Shown here: one piece after another, positions 19,112-28,110 of the stretch | How positions within the stretch are numbered: the first letter of the stretch is position 1 | Layout: each line of letters begins with the position of its first letter | DNA from: Desulfobacterales bacterium | Lineage (GTDB): Bacteria > Desulfobacterota > Desulfobacteria > Desulfobacterales > UBA5852 | Length of the DNA: 64,000 nucleotides | Assembly (NCBI GenBank): GCA_963674755.2 | Contig: CAXXVS010000001.1 | Location: 576,001-640,000, forward strand | Direction: 5' to 3' | Made by a program: the position numbers and the translations under genes | The notes under the pieces: generated by a model | The model's input: only the letters and a program-made list of their open reading frames with translations | What the model was told of the DNA's origin: nothing | Databases searched by the model: none

Positions 19112-20412
19112 GCGCGGCCGTCGTGGGACTTCTGGGCATCGCCGTTCTGCTGGCGGTGTTGTTCCTGCTGGGCATGCCGGTGGGTATCGCCATGGCCATG
19201 GTGGGCTTTGGCGGCTTCTGCTACCTCGTGTCCTTCAATGCGGGCCTCCACATGCTCAGTTCGGTCTTCTGGGACACCTTTTCCACCTACGGCCTGACCG
19301 TGATTCCCCTGTTTATTTTCATGGGGCAGGTGGCCTTTTATTCCGGCGTCAACGAAAAGCTTTACCGGGCGGCCTATAAATGGGTGGGGCATATCCGCGG
19401 CGGGATTGCCATGGCCACGGTGCTGGCCTGCTCCGCCTTTTCCGCCATATGCGGGTCCAATGCCGCCACGGCCGCCACCATGACCACGGTGGCCCTGCCC
19501 CAGATGCGCAAATACCACTATCACCCCAAGTTGAGCACCGGCGCCATTGCCTGCGGCTCTACCCTGGGGGTGGTGATTCCGCCCAGCGTGGTCCTGATCG
19601 TCATCGGGTTGTCTACCGAGCAGTCCATTGCCCGGCTCTTCTACGGCGGCATCGGTGCCGGGATGTTGCTGACCCTGACCCTGATGGCCACGGTGGTTGC
19701 GGTGTGCCGCCGGCATCCGGACTGGGGCCCCGTGGGCCCCCCCACCACCTGGGGGGAGCGCTGGCGGTCGCTCTACGGGGCGTTGGAGATGGTGGTATTG
19801 TTTCTGCTGGTGATGCTGGGCCTGTTCTTCGGCGTGTTCACGCCCACGGAGGCCGGTGCGGCCGGAAGCCTGCTGGCGCTTCTGATTGCCGGGGTCCAGG
19901 GCCGCCTGAGCTGGAAGGGGTTTCTGGCATCGGTTAGGGATACCCTGAAAATTTCCTGCATGGTGATCGTGATCGTGACGGGCGCCATGGTGTTTGGCCG
20001 GTTTTTAGCCGTCACCCGCATTCCCTTCGACATCGCCGACTGGGTGGTGGGGCTGCCGATTCCCAAGGTCGCGGTGATGGGGATTATCTTTCTGATCTAT
20101 ATCATCGGCGGGGCGGTTATGGATGCCCTGGCGCTGCTGCTGATCACCATCCCGATTTTCTTTCCGGTGGCCTCTGAACTGGGATATGACCCCATCTGGT
20201 TCGGGGTGACCATTACGGTGGTGACCACCCTGGGGGCGGTGACACCGCCCGTGGGGGCCACGACCTACGTCGTGGGAGGCATGGCCGGTGATATCCCCCT
20301 GGAGGATGTCTTCCGGGGGGTGGCCTATTTCCTGCCGGCCTATATCGTCTGCATCCTGATTTTGATGATGGTGCCGGAGATCGTTACGTTTATGCCGCAT
20401 CTTTTACGGTGA
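19108..20412 (+). CDS. dctM: TRAP transporter large permease
   Basis: IPLFIFMG, GSNAATAA, TLGVVIPPS, FTPTEAG, TPPVG. Confidence 0.93.
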   Translation: MSAAVVGLLGIAVLLAVLFLLGMPVGIAMAMVGFGGFCYLVSFNAGLHMLSSVFWDTFSTYGLTVIPLFIFMGQVAFYSGVNEKLYRAAYKWVGHIRGGIAMATVLACSAFSAICGSNAATAATMTTVALPQMRKYHYHPKLSTGAIACGSTLGVVIPPSVVLIVIGLSTEQSIARLFYGGIGAGMLLTLTLMATVVAVCRRHPDWGPVGPPTTWGERWRSLYGALEMVVLFLLVMLGLFFGVFTPTEAGAAGSLLALLIAGVQGRLSWKGFLASVRDTLKISCMVIVIVTGAMVFGRFLAVTRIPFDIADWVVGLPIPKVAVMGIIFLIYIIGGAVMDALALLLITIPIFFPVASELGYDPIWFGVTITVVTTLGAVTPPVGATTYVVGGMAGDIPLEDVFRGVAYFLPAYIVCILILMMVPEIVTFMPHLLR

Positions 20413-20554
20413 CGCGGATAGCCGGTCGCCGAAGCGGGCTCACCCGCTGTCAAAAAAAGCTTGAAGGGATGGCCGTGGGCTGATAGGGACGTTTGAAAAA
20501 TTTTTGAAAGCCATGTCATCCCACCGTTTGCGGCGGGGTGTCCGGGACCGATTT

Positions 20555-20628
20555 GAGCCCGAACCGTTTTCTTCAACCTGTGCGAGCAATTGGTAGCCTC
20601 CACGGAACGGTTCGGGCTCTCCTTTTTT
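20555..20628 (+). terminator. 14-bp stem with long loop and T-tract (terminator, possibly of a small RNA)
   Basis: GAGCCCGAACCGTT...AACGGTTCGGGCTC-TCCTTTTTT. Confidence 0.55.
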
Positions 20629-20755
20629 AGACGGGTTCGTAAAACAACCAATCTCCGCGTTACGCGGCATTTTGAATTGCTGCGGCGTACCTGATGTACG
20701 CCTCACAATTCAAAACACCGCAAGCCTTGACCTTGGCCGTTTTACGAACCCGTCT
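20629..20755. repeat. Palindromic intergenic element (GACGG...CCGTC subtype)
   Basis: AGACGGGTTCGTAAAA...TTTTACGAACCCGTCT; inner stem TTTTGAATTG/CAATTCAAAA; GGCGTAC-CTGAT-GTACGCC hairpin; GCCTTG. Confidence 0.88.
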
Positions 20756-20832
20756 TTTTTCTGGGGTTAATGGGAACGCAAGGAACAGATCCACTTTCAG
20801 CGGTGGGTGTAATCCCGAAAGAAGAGGAATAG

Positions 20833-20978
20833 TGTACCCGCTTCAGAAATGAGGATTTTTAGTTCTGATCAAGGCCCGACGAGGGTTTGTGGTGAGGCGT
20901 ACGCCAGTACGCCGCAGCCGCAGAACCCGAGGAGAACGAAGATCAGGGCTAAAAATCCTCATTTCCGGAGCGGGTACA
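20833..20978. repeat. Palindromic intergenic element (reverse orientation)
   Basis: About 30-bp terminal IR TGTACCCGCTTCAGAAATGAGGATTTTTAG / CTAAAAATCCTCATTTCCGGAGCGGGTACA; central GGCGTAC..GTACGCC. Confidence 0.88.
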
Positions 20979-20981
20979 AGG

Positions 20982-21971
20982 TTACCCGCCGATGGAGGAC
21001 ATGCGGGCGTCTACTTTTTGGCCGCCGGTCACCAGGCTGTGGGCCATGGGTTTGAGGCGGGCACCTTCCAGGAAGATGGCGGCCAGTTCCTTGTCGGAGG
21101 CGCCGGCCCGCAACGGACCAAGCAGATCGTATTCCCGGTTGGAAAGCAGGCAGGGGCGCAGTTTGCCGCCGGCGGTCAGGCGCAGCCGGTTGCAGGTGTC
21201 GCAAAAATGATGGCTCATGGGACTGATGAAGCCCACCTCGCCGGGCGCCCCGGGATAGCGGAAGCGGCGGGCGGGTCCGTCGTTTTCGCCGCGGGGTACC
21301 GGTTCCAGCGGGGCGATCCGCTCGACCCGGCGGCGCACTTCATCATTGGGCATGTAGGGATCGCCGGGCAGATTGGAATTGCCCATGGGCATATACTCGA
21401 TGAAACGCACTTGCAGGGGGCGGGTAAGGGTCAGGGCGGCGATATCCTCGAATTCGTCGTCATTGATGCCCCGCATGGCCACGACGTTGAGCTTGATGGG
21501 GTGAAAGCCCATGGCCTGGGCGGCTTCAATGGCCTCCCAGACCTGCTGGAAATGATCCCCCCCGGTGATTTCCTGGAAGCGTTGGCGTTGCAGCGTGTCG
21601 AGACTGATATTGAGCCGTTTGATACCGGCCGTCTGCAACGCGTCCAGATAGGGCTTGAGGAGCACCGCATTGGTGGTCAGGGCCATGTCGGTGAGGCCTT
21701 CCAACTGGCGGAGCTCTTCCAGAAAAGGCAGGAGATCGCGGCGGACCAGGGGCTCGCCGCCCGTAATGCGGACTTTGGTAATCCCCAGGGTGATGCCGAT
21801 GCGCAGGATACGCAGGATTTCCTCGTAGCGCAGGATTTCCTCATGGGCCATGCGGGGGATGCTTTCCCGCGGGACACAATAGGCGCAGCGCAGATTGCAG
21901 CGGTCGGTCACCGATACACGCAGGTAATTGAGCCGGCGGCGATAGCGATCATGTAACAAGGGTTTATGCAA
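20982..21971 (-). CDS. moaA: GTP 3',8-cyclase MoaA
   Basis: YLRVSVTDRCNLRCAYC, TGGEP, FCDTCNRLRLT, C-terminal MSSIGG; TTG start after AAAGGA. Confidence 0.95.
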   Translation of the reverse strand: MHKPLLHDRYRRRLNYLRVSVTDRCNLRCAYCVPRESIPRMAHEEILRYEEILRILRIGITLGITKVRITGGEPLVRRDLLPFLEELRQLEGLTDMALTTNAVLLKPYLDALQTAGIKRLNISLDTLQRQRFQEITGGDHFQQVWEAIEAAQAMGFHPIKLNVVAMRGINDDEFEDIAALTLTRPLQVRFIEYMPMGNSNLPGDPYMPNDEVRRRVERIAPLEPVPRGENDGPARRFRYPGAPGEVGFISPMSHHFCDTCNRLRLTAGGKLRPCLLSNREYDLLGPLRAGASDKELAAIFLEGARLKPMAHSLVTGGQKVDARMSSIGG

Positions 21972-22079
21972 AGGCTTTCCTTTGAGCCTGAATTCGGGGG
22001 CCTGCCTAAAGCGACCCCTTTGCGGCGCAAGCCAGCAAGGGGCATCAATACCCCCGGGGAATCGACCTGTCAATCCAAA

Positions 22080-23099
22080 CTAAGCGGTCTCTTCCTCCGG
22101 TGCAAGCGACTTGGGTGGGGTTTTTACGGAAGCGGCGAATTTTTCCCGGTATTCGGGGATGCTGATCATGGGCGGCCGCTCGATGCCGACCATTTTGAGC
22201 ACTTCCGGCGTGATATCGTTTTTGACCAGCTGGTACTGGATCATCTCGTTATAAATATCATTTTTGAGTTCGATGAGGCCCAGATTCTCCAGCCGCTTGA
22301 GGAAGGTTTTGATCACCACGAACGACATGCGCCCCAGGGCCCGGGTGTCCTGGTTGCGATGCACCCGGCGCTCGAGATCCACCTGGGCGATGACATCCAG
22401 TCCCCATTTTTCACAGATATCCAGAATCATGCTGGTTTCCACCCCGTAGCCGATGGGGAAGGGGATGTTTTCAAACACCTCCCGATACCCCGCGTATTCC
22501 CCCGAAAGGGGCTGCAGGATCTGGGTCAGTTCCGGGAAGAACAGGGAAAAGAGGGGGCGGATGACCAGTTCGGTGACCCGCCCGCCCCCGGTGGGGCGGA
22601 TCTTGCTCTTGCCGATGGCGATCGGCCGATCATAAAAGGCCTTGGTGTATTTGATGCGGTCGTCCGTTAGCAGGGGCCCCAGCAGACCGTAGCAGAAGCG
22701 ATGGTGAATGTTTCTGATGTCGGCATCCAGATAGACGATGATGTCTCCGGTGGTGACATAGAGCGCCTTCCACAGGTTTTCCCCCTTGCCGCGATAGCCG
22801 CCATGGGCGGGCAGCAGTTTGTCGGCCAGGTAGACCTTGGCATCGAAGGATTCCGCGATGCTTACCGTCTGATCGGTGGAGCCTGAATCGATGACAACGA
22901 TTTCGTCCAGAAGGGGATAGCGCGTCATGAGTTCGGATTTCATGATGATGATTTCTTTGGCGATGGTGTTCTCTTCATTCAGGGTCGGCAGACAGAGGGA
23001 GATTTTGAGCCCTTTGCGCTGCTTTTCCTCGACCAGGCGGCCCAGATCGCTGAAGCGGCTGTAGTGAAAGGTATGGGAAGCCAGCCAGGAATTATTCAT
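22080..23099 (-). CDS. gpgS: Glucosyl-3-phosphoglycerate synthase
   Basis: LPTLNEE, DSGSTD, GKGENLW, YLDAD, GGGRVTELV, QPLSGEYA, GYGVE, RVHRNQ. Confidence 0.9.
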   Translation of the reverse strand: MNNSWLASHTFHYSRFSDLGRLVEEKQRKGLKISLCLPTLNEENTIAKEIIIMKSELMTRYPLLDEIVVIDSGSTDQTVSIAESFDAKVYLADKLLPAHGGYRGKGENLWKALYVTTGDIIVYLDADIRNIHHRFCYGLLGPLLTDDRIKYTKAFYDRPIAIGKSKIRPTGGGRVTELVIRPLFSLFFPELTQILQPLSGEYAGYREVFENIPFPIGYGVETSMILDICEKWGLDVIAQVDLERRVHRNQDTRALGRMSFVVIKTFLKRLENLGLIELKNDIYNEMIQYQLVKNDITPEVLKMVGIERPPMISIPEYREKFAASVKTPPKSLAPEEETA

Positions 23100-24249
23100 C
23101 ACACACCCCGCTGTCGATGGCCTGCAGAACGCCGATGATCTGGGCGATACCCGTGAACATCGGCTCGATTTCCATTTGCGATTCGGGTTGGTGGTATTGT
23201 TGGCCGCGGGTCAGGCCCAGGGTGACGGCCGGGATTTTGCGGGACAGCAGGATGGAGAGCTCGGATTCGCTGGGTTCACCGATCGTGTGGATATCCAGGG
23301 CCTGCATGACTTGGCCGGCGGCTTTGACCAGGGGGTGGTTGTAGCGCAGCCGCGAGGAGGTGGCATTGCTGATCGTTTCCAGCTCCAGGCGGACGCCGAA
23401 TTCGTGGCGGATGCCGATGACCATATCCTTGATGTCTTCAAAGATGGCTTTGACCATCCAATCGGTGTCGCTTTGGATTTCCAGCCCCAGGGTGGCTTCA
23501 AAGGCGATGATGCCGTGTTTCTGGCCGCCTCGGATTTTGCCGATGATGACCCGGCTGCGGGGTTTCTGGGGCAGCCGAATGGCCATGATCTGGTTGATCA
23601 GTTCATGCAGCACCAGAATGGCGTTGGGTTTGAACCGGTAGGCGACCCCCTTTTCCTCGGAAATGTGGCAGGTGATGTCGCAGCGGATCATGCCTTCGGA
23701 ATAGTAGCTCAGGCGTCCCAGTTCGACCCCCTCCATGCAGATGGCCCCCCGGATGGGGGTCGGCCAGGTTTTCACCAGATGACGCATGCCCCGCAGGTTG
23801 CCTTTCCCCAGGGACTGAATGACGCCGGCCAGGATGATATCCGAGTCGAAGGTCAGGCCGAGGTGTTTGAAAATGGCGGACAGCGAGGCCAACACCCCCA
23901 CCGCGACCGAGTTGTCGAGCACACCGGCGCCCCGGATGGTGTCGGCGGTGATGGTGTAGTTGTGGTCGATGTCTCTGGCAAACATGGTGTCTAGGTGGGC
24001 CACCAGCAGGATGGGCGGCAGGTCGCTTTTTTGGCCGCGGATAATACCGATGGGATTTTGGTAGCCGTCGGTGGTGCACTCGTCCACATGGTTTTCCACC
24101 AGGCGGTCCATAAATTTGATGGCGCGCCGCTTTTCATGAAAGGTGGGCGCCGGAATCTGACCCAGGAAGACGATGTTGGCGATAATGGTTTCGCGGATGC
24201 GTCGTATGGCTTCGGTATAAGCGGCAAGATTTTTAAGATAGGGTGGCAT
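23092..24249 (-). CDS. M20/M25/M40-family metallopeptidase
   Basis: IPAPTFHE, VAHLDT, GAGVLDNS, GNLRGM; AGGAGA RBS; overlaps the gpgS start. Confidence 0.8.
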   Translation of the reverse strand: MPPYLKNLAAYTEAIRRIRETIIANIVFLGQIPAPTFHEKRRAIKFMDRLVENHVDECTTDGYQNPIGIIRGQKSDLPPILLVAHLDTMFARDIDHNYTITADTIRGAGVLDNSVAVGVLASLSAIFKHLGLTFDSDIILAGVIQSLGKGNLRGMRHLVKTWPTPIRGAICMEGVELGRLSYYSEGMIRCDITCHISEEKGVAYRFKPNAILVLHELINQIMAIRLPQKPRSRVIIGKIRGGQKHGIIAFEATLGLEIQSDTDWMVKAIFEDIKDMVIGIRHEFGVRLELETISNATSSRLRYNHPLVKAAGQVMQALDIHTIGEPSESELSILLSRKIPAVTLGLTRGQQYHQPESQMEIEPMFTGIAQIIGVLQAIDSGVCDE

Positions 24250-24619
24250 GGGGTCTCCTATCCGCACAGATTCCCGCGGTTCCGGCATGGCAACCTCACG
24301 CAGACAAGGTCGGGCTCAACAGAATCGCCGAAGGCGGTCGCCTGAAGGGCCTTTTTCAAAACATCAAGACCAAGGGCCCGGGTCGGTTTATCCCTGTTGG
24401 GTAATCCGGCTGTTGAGCGGCCTGGGATCACCACTTGTCGATTTGATAGCGGTCTGGTACGAGGGGGGCCACAGAGCGAACGACCGGCCCGGCGAAGGTC
24501 ATGGACAGCTTCAGAGAGTTCTTGCGCGAGAATACACCAGATAGACACGGGAGGTCAATGCCTGGCTTCGGCTGCGGCCGGATCATCGCCGGCAGTCGGG
24601 TTTGCCGCCAAACATCTGA

Positions 24620-26143
24620 TCAGCGGGCCGTAAAAAAAGCCTCGATGGCCTGGCAAAGTCCCGGGATGGTATATTCGTCAGCCGTAATATCCACTTGAAA
24701 TCCCAGGGATTCGGCCGTTTCGGTGGTGATGGGGCCGATGCTGGCAATGTGCACGTCGGCCATGAGCTGATCCCGGCGGTCGGGGGGCAGCAGCTGGTTG
24801 AAATGCCGGACGGTGGAAGAGCTGGTAAAGGTCACCATGGCGACCCGGCCGTTTTCCAGGTCCGCGATCAGCTCGGTCGCCCCGGTGGTGACCGGCCGGG
24901 TGTGATAGATGGCGATTTCGTCCACTTGGGCGCCCAGGCGCCGCAGTTCTTCCGGCAATATCGGGCGGGCTTCGGCCGCCCGGGGCAGCAAAACCCGCCG
25001 GCCGGTCATATCCTCGCTGCTGAAAGCCTCGATCACCGCTTCAGCCCGGTAGCTTTCCGGTAGGATGTCGCTGCACAGGCCCCGCCGCCGCAGGCGTTCG
25101 GCCGTGGCCGGACCGATCACGGCCGTGCGTATCTGGGCAAGCGCCCGCACATCCCGGCCCTGGGCAAAGAGCCGGTCGAAAAAGATGTCCACCCCGTTGA
25201 CGCTGGTGAAGATCAGCCAGTCGTAAGTCGCCAGGGCTGCGATGGCCTGATCCAAGGCGGCGGTATCTTCGGCGGGCATCACCGCGATGGTGGGGTATTC
25301 CAGGCAGCGGGCCCCCAAGGCGGACAATCGTTCCACCAGGTCGCTGGCCTGGGCCCGGGCCCGCGTTACGACGATCGTGCGGCCGAACAGGGGACGTGTC
25401 TCAAACCACTGCAGGCGCTCGCGCAGACCCACGACCCTGCCGATGACGATGATCGCCGGGGCTTGCATGCCGGCCTGTTGCGCGATAGCCACAATCGTGT
25501 TCAGGGTGCCGGTGACGGTCTGCTGGCGCGGGGTCGTGCCCCAGCGAATCAAGGCCACCGGTGTCTCAGGGGGCATGCCGTTGTCCTGCAGACGGGCCGT
25601 GATCAGGGGCAGGTTCTTGACCCCCATGAAAAAGACCAGAGTTCCCATGCCGGTGGCCAGCGCCTGCCAGTCGATGCTGGAGCTGTCCTTGGTGGGATCC
25701 TCGTGGCCGGTCACGAAGGCCAGGGTGGAGGTGAAATCCCGGTGTGTCAGAGGAATTCCGGCATAGGCGGCGCCCGCCACGGCCGATGTCACCCCGGGCA
25801 CCACCTCGAAGGGGATGCCGGCGGCGACCAGCTCTTCGGCCTCTTCCCCGCCCCGTCCGAAAATATAAGGGTCACCGCCCTTCAGGCGGGCCACAACGCA
25901 CCCCTGCCGGGCTTTGTCGACAATCAGTTGGTTGATGCCGCCCTGGGGCAGGGTGTGATCCCCCCCTTTTTTGCCCACGTAAATCATTTCGGCCTGCGGT
26001 GCGGCATGGGCCAGCAAGGCCGGTGCGGCCAGATAGTCGTAAACAACCACGTCGGCCGCCTGGATGCAGGCCTGGCCCTTGACCGTAATCAGTCCGGGAT
26101 CCCCGGGGCCGGCCCCGATGAGGTAGACTTTGCCTGTTTTCAT
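24620..26143 (-). CDS. cobA: Uroporphyrinogen-III C-methyltransferase / uroporphyrinogen-III synthase fusion (CobA-HemD)
   Basis: GKVYLIGAGPGDPGLIT, RLKGGDP.IFGRGGEE, then VVTRA, FTSVNGV, FTSSSTV, SIGPIT. Confidence 0.95.
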   Translation of the reverse strand: MKTGKVYLIGAGPGDPGLITVKGQACIQAADVVVYDYLAAPALLAHAAPQAEMIYVGKKGGDHTLPQGGINQLIVDKARQGCVVARLKGGDPYIFGRGGEEAEELVAAGIPFEVVPGVTSAVAGAAYAGIPLTHRDFTSTLAFVTGHEDPTKDSSSIDWQALATGMGTLVFFMGVKNLPLITARLQDNGMPPETPVALIRWGTTPRQQTVTGTLNTIVAIAQQAGMQAPAIIVIGRVVGLRERLQWFETRPLFGRTIVVTRARAQASDLVERLSALGARCLEYPTIAVMPAEDTAALDQAIAALATYDWLIFTSVNGVDIFFDRLFAQGRDVRALAQIRTAVIGPATAERLRRRGLCSDILPESYRAEAVIEAFSSEDMTGRRVLLPRAAEARPILPEELRRLGAQVDEIAIYHTRPVTTGATELIADLENGRVAMVTFTSSSTVRHFNQLLPPDRRDQLMADVHIASIGPITTETAESLGFQVDITADEYTIPGLCQAIEAFFTAR

Positions 26144-27075
26144 GAAGGGAGTTCCATCTGTAAACGGTCCAGAATCGGGCCCGCGCCTTGCGCGAGGAGG
26201 TGCTCGGCCAGGGCCAGCCCGATGGCTTGCGCCTCGGCCGCGGGACCGTCCAGGGTGTGACGCACCATGGTCCGGCCGTCGAGGTCGGCCACCAGCCCGC
26301 TCATGCGGAGACGATCGCCATCCAGGGTGGCATGCCCGGCAATGGGCACCTGGCAGCCCCCCTCCAGGCGGGCCAGGAAAGCCCGCTCGGCCAGGATGGC
26401 CCGGCGGGTGGGGGCATGGTCCAGGGAAGCCATCAGGGGCGCCATCACGGGATCCGCGTCGCGCGTCTCGACGCACAGGGCGCCCTGCCCCACGGCGGGC
26501 AGCATGACCTCCGGCGCCAGGATTTCGGTGATGCGATCCGCCAGACCCAGGCGCTTGACCCCGGCGGCGGCCAGCACGATGGCATCCATTTGTCCTTCGT
26601 CCAATTTGCGCAGGCGCGTGTCCAGGTTGCCCCGCAGGGGAACGATGACCACATCCGGCCGGGCGTGTTGCAGCTGGGCGGCCCGCCGGAGGCTGCTGGT
26701 GCCGATGCGGGGGGCCTGGCCCAGTTGGTCCAGGGTCACACCTTCACGCGTAATCAGCACGTCCAGCGGTGTTTCCCGCTCCGGAATCGCGCCAATGCAC
26801 AGACCGGCCGGTATCTCGGCCGGCATGTCCTTCATGCTGTGTACGGCAAGGTCGACCCGACCCGCCAGCAGCGCTTCCTCGATCTCTTTGACGAAAAGAC
26901 CTTTGCCACCCACTTTGGCCAGGGGGACGTCCAGAATTTTATCCCCCTTGGTTTTGATGACGTTCAGGGCGACCCGGGTCCCGGGATGGAGGGTTTCCAG
27001 ACGGTCTTTGATCCAGTTGGCCTGCCAAAGGGCCAGTTTGCTGCCCCGCGTTCCGATGGTAACCGTGGATCCCAT
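26140..27075 (-). CDS. hemC: Hydroxymethylbilane synthase
   Basis: IGTRGSKLALWQA, GKGLFVKE, HSMKD, GTSSLRR, RGNLDTR, EGGCQVP. Confidence 0.97.
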   Translation of the reverse strand: MGSTVTIGTRGSKLALWQANWIKDRLETLHPGTRVALNVIKTKGDKILDVPLAKVGGKGLFVKEIEEALLAGRVDLAVHSMKDMPAEIPAGLCIGAIPERETPLDVLITREGVTLDQLGQAPRIGTSSLRRAAQLQHARPDVVIVPLRGNLDTRLRKLDEGQMDAIVLAAAGVKRLGLADRITEILAPEVMLPAVGQGALCVETRDADPVMAPLMASLDHAPTRRAILAERAFLARLEGGCQVPIAGHATLDGDRLRMSGLVADLDGRTMVRHTLDGPAAEAQAIGLALAEHLLAQGAGPILDRLQMELPS

Positions 27076-27305
27076 CAGTGACCGCAGCCCGCGCAGCTCG
27101 AGGCGCTGCAGCCGCCGCAGGAAGATGTGGCGGCCGAAGACCGGACGGTTTCACCACCGGATCCCTTGCTGTAGAATCCGCAGGTCGACATCAGGCGGCA
27201 GACCTTCTTGCTTTGGCATTCGGTGCATTCCGGCTCGGGTTTCCCGATGACCAGATATTCGAAGGTCTTGCCGCAGTCTTGGCATTGGTATTCGTAAATC
27301 GGCAT
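27075..27305 (-). CDS. FmdB-family zinc-ribbon regulatory protein
   Basis: MPIYEYQCQDCG..FE..CTECQS; C-terminal CGGCSASSCAGC. Confidence 0.88.
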   Translation of the reverse strand: MPIYEYQCQDCGKTFEYLVIGKPEPECTECQSKKVCRLMSTCGFYSKGSGGETVRSSAATSSCGGCSASSCAGCGH

Positions 27306-27458
27306 GGAGCATCTCCTTGTACATTGTGCGGCCTTACTTTCACAAACGGCGGAAGGGGCGCGCCGCCCCCTCGGGGTTTCGACTCAACCGGTGCCCCTCT
27401 TTACACAGCTTTCCCCGTTTTGGCAAGACACACGCGGCATCGATACGACCGTCGGCGT

Positions 27459-28052
27459 TCATTGCTGATCAGGTGCGGAGGGCCCTTTCGGGAACAGGAT
27501 CGTGTCCACCAACTGGCAGAGGATGTGGCCCATGAGGATATGCGTTTCCTGGATCCGGGCCGTGGTGGCCGAAGGGACCGCCAAAAGAAGGTCGCTCACC
27601 TCCTCTAGGGTCCCCCCTTTCCCGGTCATTCCCAGGCAATGCAACCCCAATTCACGGGCCTCTTGCAAGCCGGCCACGACATTGGGCGAATTGCCGCTGG
27701 TACTGATGCCCCAGGCCACGTCGTCCCGTCTTCCGAGGGCCTGAATCTGTTTGGCGAAGATCAGGTCAAAGGCGTAATCGTTGCCGATGCTGGTGATGAT
27801 CGAGCTGTCCGTGGTCAGGGCCAGGGCCGCCAGGGGAGGGCGTTCGATCTGAAAGCGGTTGACGAATTCCGCCGCCAGGTGCTGGGCGTCCGCGGCGCTG
27901 CCGCCGTTGCCGAAAAGGAGGATCTTATGGCCGGAGGCCACACAGGTGGCCAGCATGTCGGCGGCCTGGATCAATCGTTCCATCTGGTCCGTGACCGCCT
28001 GCTTTTTGGTGGCCAGGCTGTCTTCCAGAATGGCCTTAATCATATCGTTCAT
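27459..28052 (-). CDS. gmhA: D-sedoheptulose 7-phosphate isomerase
   Basis: GNGGSAADAQHLAAE, GNDY, ISTSGNS, TARIQETH. Confidence 0.95.
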   Translation of the reverse strand: MNDMIKAILEDSLATKKQAVTDQMERLIQAADMLATCVASGHKILLFGNGGSAADAQHLAAEFVNRFQIERPPLAALALTTDSSIITSIGNDYAFDLIFAKQIQALGRRDDVAWGISTSGNSPNVVAGLQEARELGLHCLGMTGKGGTLEEVSDLLLAVPSATTARIQETHILMGHILCQLVDTILFPKGPSAPDQQ

Positions 28053-28110
28053 GGGTGGGGGGATGTTCTCCTTCGATGTTGATTTCCGTCGGCCGGTTCG
28101 GGGGTCCGTT

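Noticed and set aside
21975..22079. Possible Moco riboswitch upstream of moaA
   Set aside because: Only a short spacer with a TTGACA box; no recognisable Moco RNA motif.
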